From NCBI GenBank assembly GCA_963771075.1, contig CAVYSE010000008.1:1-64000 (forward strand): 64,000 nucleotides of DNA. The letters are read 5' to 3'. Below, in pieces: positions 57,709 through 64,000 of the stretch. The notes below the pieces were generated by a model. The model saw only the letters and a list, made by a program, of their open reading frames with translations, did not search any database and had not been told where the DNA came from. A program made the position numbers and the translations under genes. How positions within the stretch are numbered: position 1 is the first letter of the stretch; every line of letters begins with the position of its first letter. The stretch is from a candidate division FCPU426 bacterium. GTDB lineage: Bacteria > Oederibacteriota > Muellerivitia > Muellerivitales > Muellerivitaceae.

Positions 57709-58261
57709 TCCATTGTCATATTAGAACAATAGGCAGCGTATTTAAGCGCCTGAAGTTCTGCGGTTTTTCCGCTGTCGTCGCGCTTTAATTCCACTACAAC
57801 CAATACTCCATCCCGGTCGATTGCCAATAAATCTAGTCTTTCATTGGTTTTGTCAAATCCGTCGTATTCAGTCGTAATGATAAGAAGGTCGTCGAGAAGT
57901 ATTTCGGGGTTTTCTTCAACCCATTTTTCTATATCCTGTTTTTCTTTAATGTCGTGAGTTTTGAAATCTGTTTCGGGATAGATGTCTATTTTCTTGGTGT
58001 TTTTATTAAAAGTGAAAAGCATGTAAGCCCCCATCCCCTAAATTTCCAACATTATACGCATCATGTCTCGATGTTGGTTTAGCCCAAAAGGCCAAAAGCA
58101 GGGGTATGAGGAAGAAGGCGTAGCGAAGAATATTGTTTCGCGGCCTGCGACGAGGACACAATCCGAGGAGCAATCCTTGGACGTGCCGGTTCCAGAGGTA
58201 ACCGGCTGGTGAGATCGCCCAAATGCGGGGCCGTAGCTTGCAAGAAATTTTCATTTTTATA

Positions 58262-59383
58262 TTAATTCCCGAGATTATCGAAATAATAATGTTTCCAACC
58301 GTCAGACCACAAAATATTAGGAACTTTTACTTCGTCTTTTTTCACGAATTCGCCGTTTTTATATTCCCACGTTTGAAGACGGGTGATTTCGTATAACAAG
58401 AGGCCGGCCTTTTTATCCGTGTCACCGCTCCCCACTTGAACCGTGCCGTCCGGCAAACGCCGGGCAATACCCGCATAATCGCCGATAAAAGTCTTCACGA
58501 GGATTGGTTGCTGGTGGTCCACGATCTTGAAGATTTGCAAGCACTGAACGAATCCGTCGGCTTTTCCGATGTTATAACGAACCCAAACCATATGGGCTCC
58601 GCCCAGGTCGTGGAACTCGATGGGCCAAACGAAATGGATATCGCCCCCGGAAACATCCAGCGGAAGGGGCGGAAAATCAACCAACTCACCCTTCTCGTTG
58701 ATCTTTCCCGTCGAGAGGTAGGGCGCGGGCGTCCGCGATCCCATCGGGACGACGTAATCGGTCACTTCCCCTTTTAAGTTAATCAAGGCCCAAGTCGAAA
58801 GGGAGGGATAGGCGAAAAGCCGCGCGTAATAGGGGCTGTTGGAATCCTTGTTGGCTGAAATCGCCACCATGCGGTCTTTGTTGATTCGGGTTTGATTTGC
58901 AAACCATAATTGATTGGTTCCGAAAAAATAAAAATCCAAGAAACCTTTGCAATAGAGGGGAGAAATGAATCTGGCTGGATGACATAAATCAACCCGCTTT
59001 TTGTAGAGGGGGGTTAAATCTATAGGGTTCCGTTTGGTGCGGGTGTGAAAAGCAGACGTTAATCCTATATACCGGGCCATCCAATAATCGGATTCTACCC
59101 TGTCGTTATTTAGAACCGCCGTCTCGGCCTTTTGGTAAAAGGTCTTTAAGATATTTTCCAACTCCGCGTCTGTGGTTTTTTCGTCAATGACGGGTTCTCC
59201 TGGGGGTGCGGGGGAAGACACGGTATAGGTTGTTGTCATTGTCTCTTGGGGTGTTGGTGAAAGGATGGTAGTTCCTTGTGCGATAACACTGACGCTACTT
59301 GAAACAAAAAGGAGGGGTATCAGGACAAGGCATAGGGACGAGATCGGGGAAAAGAGGGGCCGTAGCGTGGAAGAAAAATTCAT
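58262..59383 (-). CDS. Secreted hypothetical protein (leader copy 8)
   Basis: MNFSSTLRPL...IAQ, T/P linker, globular region. Confidence 0.65.
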   Translation of the reverse strand: MNFSSTLRPLFSPISSLCLVLIPLLFVSSSVSVIAQGTTILSPTPQETMTTTYTVSSPAPPGEPVIDEKTTDAELENILKTFYQKAETAVLNNDRVESDYWMARYIGLTSAFHTRTKRNPIDLTPLYKKRVDLCHPARFISPLYCKGFLDFYFFGTNQLWFANQTRINKDRMVAISANKDSNSPYYARLFAYPSLSTWALINLKGEVTDYVVPMGSRTPAPYLSTGKINEKGELVDFPPLPLDVSGGDIHFVWPIEFHDLGGAHMVWVRYNIGKADGFVQCLQIFKIVDHQQPILVKTFIGDYAGIARRLPDGTVQVGSGDTDKKAGLLLYEITRLQTWEYKNGEFVKKDEVKVPNILWSDGWKHYYFDNLGN

Positions 59384-59395
59384 TTAAGGGGTGTA

Positions 59396-59674
59396 TCAGT
59401 ATTCAAAAGGTGCACTCCTTAATAAAAACCGGTTCAGGAGTTCCTCGACCATAAGCTTATCCTTTTTGCCCAAAATCAGGGAATTGCCAAGAGAAACTGA
59501 AGTAACGATTTCTTCGAGCATTTTATCGCGTACATCAGAGTCCAATATCTTTTGGTTAGGAGCAAGCTTTTGAAGGTGGGCAAACCACTTTTCAAAGAGG
59601 ATGAGTCCTTGGTTCTCGAGAAGATCCGCCACAAAGCGGGTGATGCCTTTATTCCGGTCGGCCCTGGTGCCCAT
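59396..59674 (-). CDS. Hypothetical protein, paralog of 60529-60861
   Basis: KW..H...VRDKML.E...VEE....FLL shared. Confidence 0.6.
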   Translation of the reverse strand: MGTRADRNKGITRFVADLLENQGLILFEKWFAHLQKLAPNQKILDSDVRDKMLEEIVTSVSLGNSLILGKKDKLMVEELLNRFLLRSAPFEY

Positions 59675-60063
59675 TATTTCAAGGCTTTCTCAGCCCACCG
59701 CAGAACCTTTCCGGCCAGCTCAACAGCTTTCTCATACTCCGCTGGTTGGATATCCATGAATTCCACGGGATAACGGCCTTTCAAAACATACTCTTCCAAG
59801 ATGATGGCCTCCATGACATCCGGCGGGGCCGAAAGTGGAGGTGGCAGGAGCTTAAACAATTTCTTTAAGCTGTGGGTTGGGGGAAAATCAACGTGGTGAC
59901 TTAATAAAACGGCCTTCAAGGCTTTTTCCGCCGATTGCTGGCAATGGTGGCAAAGAGATCCAACGCGAACATCCGGTAATTTTCCGCCACGGGCAAGGGC
60001 GAGGTCGCTTTTCGCGTAATCAAACCATATCGCCGGATCGTTCAAATCCGATTCAAGCGGCAT
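59674..60063 (-). CDS. HEPN domain protein
   Basis: W...AKSDL..A...HCQQSAEKALKA...THSL...RYP. Confidence 0.9.
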   Translation of the reverse strand: MPLESDLNDPAIWFDYAKSDLALARGGKLPDVRVGSLCHHCQQSAEKALKAVLLSHHVDFPPTHSLKKLFKLLPPPLSAPPDVMEAIILEEYVLKGRYPVEFMDIQPAEYEKAVELAGKVLRWAEKALK

Positions 60064-60370
60064 AAACTTCCCGGCCTTCCTTGAGCGCCCACTTGTAAAC
60101 AAGGGCGCAATTGTCCTTATATTTTTCAAGAACCTTCGGGGTGGTTACGATAAGGTCGTAATCTTTTTCCATTACGTCAACGTTAGTATAAAGACTGCGG
60201 GTGACGGCCCTGCTGTCCGTTCCCTCGGGCATGACAATCAAAAGGTCGATATCACTGTCCGGCTCCATGTCTCCCCGGGCCGCAGAGCCGAAAAGGATGA
60301 TTCTCAGGGGATGGGCTGTCTCCACGATTTGGTTTATTAACTTTTCAACAACCGACATTTCCACTTGCAC
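60053..60370 (-). CDS. Minimal nucleotidyltransferase (MNT)
   Basis: ILFGSAARGD...SDIDLLI. Confidence 0.9.
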   Translation of the reverse strand: MQVEMSVVEKLINQIVETAHPLRIILFGSAARGDMEPDSDIDLLIVMPEGTDSRAVTRSLYTNVDVMEKDYDLIVTTPKVLEKYKDNCALVYKWALKEGREVYAA

Positions 60371-60528
60371 TTAAACCCCCGAATTAGACCCAATAGCCTG
60401 TGGGCTGATCCTTGACGACTAAAAGTATTTTAGGCTTAATCCCCAATTGCGGCTAGGGTTTGGTTGTCCTGCGGCTTGAGACAAAACCACCATTTGAGCC
60501 CCCTAGGCCAGGGCTTCATTATTAACGT

Positions 60529-60861
60529 CTAAAAAAACTTCATTCCGGTCCCTAAATCGTCATAAGGGGCCATTTTTTTGTGAGCCTGCAAAAGATGAAA
60601 GGTTAAAAGAAATTGGTCGAATATTTCCTCGACCAACCCAATTTCGTCTGTGTTCAAAACGATCCCGCTTGTGTTAGCAACACCCTCGACTAATTCTACG
60701 AGCATTTTATCTCGAACCATTGAAACCCAGTCTTCAAGACCAGCGCCTTTAAAATCCTTATAGTGATTTGTCCACTTCTGGTAAAGCGCGTGCCCTTTTT
60801 CGGAAAGAATATCATTTGTGATATTACAAATAATTTGTTCGCTATTGTTCATTTTGACCAC
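60529..60861 (-). CDS. Hypothetical protein, paralog of 59396-59674
   Basis: Same shared motifs; GAGG RBS. Confidence 0.6.
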   Translation of the reverse strand: MVKMNNSEQIICNITNDILSEKGHALYQKWTNHYKDFKGAGLEDWVSMVRDKMLVELVEGVANTSGIVLNTDEIGLVEEIFDQFLLTFHLLQAHKKMAPYDDLGTGMKFF

Positions 60862-60862
60862 C

Positions 60863-61162
60863 TCAACCGATAGCTTTAACGATCTTCTTTTTCGGGATTG
60901 CTTCCCTTACCGCCTTTAACAAGCGCCTGTGGAAATAACCACCCGTGAAAAAGACGGGGTATGTTGTTCTACGGTGGACCCCGGATGGGAAGTAAATGTT
61001 GTAGTTCTTGTCTTTCTTCTCCTTGGCCAGGCGTATGCCGGTCATTTCAAAATAATTGCCTTTTTGGGGTGGAGAAAGATAAATCCTAGCGGTCACAACC
61101 GCGTCGTATCTTTTGTTCTCCACCCACTCCAAGGTAACTCTGATCCGGTATGAAGAGGCCAT
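60863..61162 (-). CDS. SpoVG-like protein
   Basis: FEMTGIRL...IYFPS...YPVF pattern. Confidence 0.45.
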   Translation of the reverse strand: MASSYRIRVTLEWVENKRYDAVVTARIYLSPPQKGNYFEMTGIRLAKEKKDKNYNIYFPSGVHRRTTYPVFFTGGYFHRRLLKAVREAIPKKKIVKAIG

Positions 61163-61164
61163 TG

Positions 61165-61437
61165 CTACCCTCTCTTGGATAGCAACTCGATTATCAGCTC
61201 CTCGATCTTCTTCTTGTATTCCTTGCTGACGTAGTAGTGGGGGATATGCGTCCACTTCTCGGTCTTGGCGTCCTTCACGTTCTTGCCGGCTAGCTCCACG
61301 AAAATACCCTTCGCGCCTGAAACGGCCCGCAAATTGGGAAGGATAACGAAGTTAGCCCCTTCAGTTATCTTCGCCGAAAATGTGGCCTTCAAATTGCCCT
61401 TTTCACTGAACTTCACCTTCTGTAACTCAATCGCCAT
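61165..61437 (-). CDS. SpoVG-like protein
   Basis: NLKATFS...LRAVSGAKGIFVEL...SKEYKKKIEELI. Confidence 0.65.
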   Translation of the reverse strand: MAIELQKVKFSEKGNLKATFSAKITEGANFVILPNLRAVSGAKGIFVELAGKNVKDAKTEKWTHIPHYYVSKEYKKKIEELIIELLSKRG

Positions 61438-61485
61438 AATTCACCTCCTAAGAAAAAAGTAAACCCGGACCCGGGGTCCGTGCCC

Positions 61486-61890
61486 CTACCTCAAATAATC
61501 CTGAGCCAAGGAAATCCCGTTGTGCTGCCTATAAGCCCACTTGGAATTCCCTTCCTGGGTCTTCTCAAAAACCATGAAAGAAAACTTGTCGGCCCCCGAG
61601 AAGTTGGTAAGCATCAAAAGTTGTTCTTTGGTGAACCCACGGGTCACGAATTTCTTTTTGTCTTCCTCGGTCCTTCTGGCTAAAAAGGAATCCGCCTGGT
61701 CCTTCGAAAAGAATAGGGGGATGGTATTCCCCTCGATCTCACGGAGCATGTAATAGGAACCAGTTATTTTGCCGTCTTTCAATTCCATCAGGCCCCAAAA
61801 GGGATCCCCTTTGGTCTTCTCGTCCGGTAATAGTTTTTGAACCCTAGAACCTAAATCCTGTAAAAATTCCTTCTTCTTTTTTTCCTTCAT
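61486..61890 (-). CDS. Hypothetical protein
   Basis: GGAGGT RBS before MKEKKKK. Confidence 0.55.
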   Translation of the reverse strand: MKEKKKKEFLQDLGSRVQKLLPDEKTKGDPFWGLMELKDGKITGSYYMLREIEGNTIPLFFSKDQADSFLARRTEEDKKKFVTRGFTKEQLLMLTNFSGADKFSFMVFEKTQEGNSKWAYRQHNGISLAQDYLR

Positions 61891-61900
61891 ACCCACCTCC

Positions 61901-63397
61901 CTAAGACGTAGCCCCCAAAGCCGCTTTCTTATCGACGTCCTCAAGCTTGGAGGCTTCTTCCAATATGGTTTTGACCGTTTTATCGTCCAGGGTTGGCTTT
62001 AATTCCCACCAAGACGCGGCCCCCCGGTCGGAGGCCAGCTTGTTTAAATGCTTAACGAGAATAGAGGTGTAGGGGATCGGCCTCTCGCCTTTTTCGACCA
62101 GCTTGAGCTTGAAAAAAATGGCGTTACGGCCAACGGAGGGAAGCTTGGCCTGGTATTGGTTGGTGTCGGCGGTCTTTTCGGCGTCCTGAAGGGTCGCGTG
62201 GGTGGGCCACTCGGAAAGGCCCTGGCTACATGTGATGTTCCATGGCAGGGTGACCGGCTCGTTGTTCTTGAGGGGGTCCCGGATCGGGGACTGTTTGAGA
62301 TCGTCCAGGACTCGAGGGCGTAATTCCGTTTCAATCGCCTTCCTGAAATCCTTGGCCTTCTGGATCGCCTGGCCCTCGGACCCCTCGAAGGCCCATATAA
62401 ACTCGTCCGCCCCGGCCCCCCCGCGAAAGGCCCGGTCGGGGAAATGCTCCTTGAGCATGGTTCCAAAGGTCTTGATGACCCGGTCGCCCATGTCGTGGCC
62501 CAAGCAATCGTTGACGCTCTTGAAGTAGTCGATATCGAGCCTTGAAATGTAAAAATTCATCCCCTCTCGGCATTTAGCGTGGAAATTAGGCAGGTAAACC
62601 GATATGGCCGCCTTGGAGTAACAGCCGGTCATGGGGTCGGTATAAAGAACCTCCGTCTCCTTCTGTTTGGAGACGACACCCAAAACGTAGGTGTTGATCC
62701 GGTCCACGGCCCAATAGGGGATCAAACGAAGCAGCCACTTCTCCAAGAAGTTCATGGATTTGTCTTCTTTGATGACTATTTCGTTGACGTGCTTCCGGGC
62801 TTTTTTGAAAGTCCGGTTAATCTCCGTGTCTGACTCCCCTATCTTTTTCAATTCGTTAAGGTAGTGGTAGGCGTGGGGGTATTCACCGTTTTGAAGGTGG
62901 GCGTATCCGAGCGAGTAATACATCTGGGTCGTGTTGTGGTTGCGGTTTAAGAGGCTCAAATAGATTTTGATGGCTTCCTTGTACTGCTTCTTCTCGACCT
63001 TTATGTCCGCTTGGAGCTCCACGGCGTCCAGGTAGTCGTGCTTGATCTCAAGAATCCGGTTAAGGACGGCCAGGCAGTCCGGGTATCCCTTGTTCATGAA
63101 TTTGGCCCGGGCGGTGCAATAAAGGAATTCCAGCTCGTCGTCCGAGTAGTCCTTGGGTTGTTTCTCGGCCAGCTTGTAAATATTCAAAACGTCCTCGGCT
63201 TCCTTCGCCTTGCCCGAGTCTAAAAAGATGTTCCCGGCCAGGATGTAAGCCTTGATGTTGGTCGGCTCGTACTTATTGATGATCTCCTCAAGAAGGTCGA
63301 GGGACTTGTCATATTTGCCGTCGTCGGCAAAGAGCTTGGCCTGGCTCAACTGAGTCCGGGCCCGCTCCGGGTTTAACTGAAAAATATCCTGGCTCAT
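61901..63397 (-). CDS. TPR + GGDEF-fold protein with a non-canonical active-site motif
   Basis: TPR helices; DPMTG, DIDYFKSVND..GH..GD, RGGAGADEF, AK...GRN. Confidence 0.85.
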   Translation of the reverse strand: MSQDIFQLNPERARTQLSQAKLFADDGKYDKSLDLLEEIINKYEPTNIKAYILAGNIFLDSGKAKEAEDVLNIYKLAEKQPKDYSDDELEFLYCTARAKFMNKGYPDCLAVLNRILEIKHDYLDAVELQADIKVEKKQYKEAIKIYLSLLNRNHNTTQMYYSLGYAHLQNGEYPHAYHYLNELKKIGESDTEINRTFKKARKHVNEIVIKEDKSMNFLEKWLLRLIPYWAVDRINTYVLGVVSKQKETEVLYTDPMTGCYSKAAISVYLPNFHAKCREGMNFYISRLDIDYFKSVNDCLGHDMGDRVIKTFGTMLKEHFPDRAFRGGAGADEFIWAFEGSEGQAIQKAKDFRKAIETELRPRVLDDLKQSPIRDPLKNNEPVTLPWNITCSQGLSEWPTHATLQDAEKTADTNQYQAKLPSVGRNAIFFKLKLVEKGERPIPYTSILVKHLNKLASDRGAASWWELKPTLDDKTVKTILEEASKLEDVDKKAALGATS

Positions 63398-63966
63398 TAT
63401 TTCTGGTCCGTGACCAGATAAAAGCCAACGACCTTAAATCCCTCGGGAAATTTCTGGATGATGAGACGGAAAGAAAAAGGGATACGGATGGATGAATTGG
63501 TCAGGTGAGACGTGTACTCCATGTCCCCCGTGAACCAATCGGAAACCTGGTTGTTTTTGACCTTCGTTTCCGCCGAAACCACGTCCTCGGCGGTGCAGTA
63601 AAGCTGCTGGTCCGAAATCTGCCTTTGAAGGTCGAGGGTGAAAAAGCTGTTCTGGAACTGGTACACCTGGTCCTGGGAAAAATACTTGCTGTTGTCGGCC
63701 AGGTAGGTCTGGATATTGTGAAAGCCGATGTTGCAAATGCTGATGGCGACCTTCTTGGCGAAAGCTTCATATTGGGGGATTTCCTCGGCTGGGATCGAAC
63801 CGTCCTGTTTTTGCGTAGCCTGGAACAGCGAGGAAAGGTTGAACGACCCCTTCACATGAACGAAGGTCAAAGCGCTAAAAACGGCTATCGCAAGAGCCCA
63901 AAGGGCAATCTTTGCCCAGCCCGGTAAAGACGTATCCGATTTTTCCACCCGTCCTAATTTGTGCAT
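63397..63966 (-). CDS. Single-TM protein, possibly VirB8-like conjugation component
   Basis: One TM, then an alpha/beta NTF2-like pattern ending PEGFKVVGF. Confidence 0.4.
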   Translation of the reverse strand: MHKLGRVEKSDTSLPGWAKIALWALAIAVFSALTFVHVKGSFNLSSLFQATQKQDGSIPAEEIPQYEAFAKKVAISICNIGFHNIQTYLADNSKYFSQDQVYQFQNSFFTLDLQRQISDQQLYCTAEDVVSAETKVKNNQVSDWFTGDMEYTSHLTNSSIRIPFSFRLIIQKFPEGFKVVGFYLVTDQK

Positions 63967-64000
63967 GGCTTTAGCTCCTTAAAAAATCCGGGTCGTTTCC

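Larger units (their letters stand above)
50928..58022 (-). pseudogene. NucS-like endonuclease (DUF4268-like C-terminus) split by a 6-kb IS1380 unit
   Basis: RLDLLAIDRDG..VVVELKR...YCSNMTM at 57709-58022 continues as MDQLSNIH...RPRIILVS at 50928-51707. Confidence 0.85.

Noticed and set aside
12265..59383. Leader elements as integron attC sites
   Set aside because: No RYYYAAC...GTTRRRY ends, no long inverted symmetry and no IntI gene in the window.

Overview
A mosaic accessory region, probably from a large plasmid or ICE: most cargo is on the minus strand, with an ImmA/XRE switch, DUF6876, SpoVG-like genes and a VirB8-like gene at the right edge. It carries five IS elements (2x IS21, IS66, ISL3, IS1380), defence and toxin-antitoxin genes (type III R-M, SF2 helicase-nuclease, TIGR02391, DUF262-HNH, AbiE, HigBA, HEPN-MNT), two SRAP genes, two S1/P1 nucleases plus a remnant, and many truncated genes. 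The strongest signal is one 37-bp hairpin sequence (GTTGCACACCATCCTTTTTGGGAGGGCCATGTGCAGG) that resembles a CRISPR repeat. It occurs six times, identical and co-oriented, each time at a breakpoint where genes are cut, and it separates blocks of 14,100, 498, 3,857, 10,107 and 2,522 bp. This is the layout of a CRISPR array with kilobase 'spacers', but no cas gene is present and an assembly chimera is not excluded. A second signal is an eight-copy leader element, conserved at the DNA level, that encodes a signal-peptide-like sequence and occurs in mosaic combinations before different cargo. An IS1380 element has also carried 4.3 kb of neighbouring DNA into a NucS-like gene. All family calls come from reading motifs by eye; no database searches were run.
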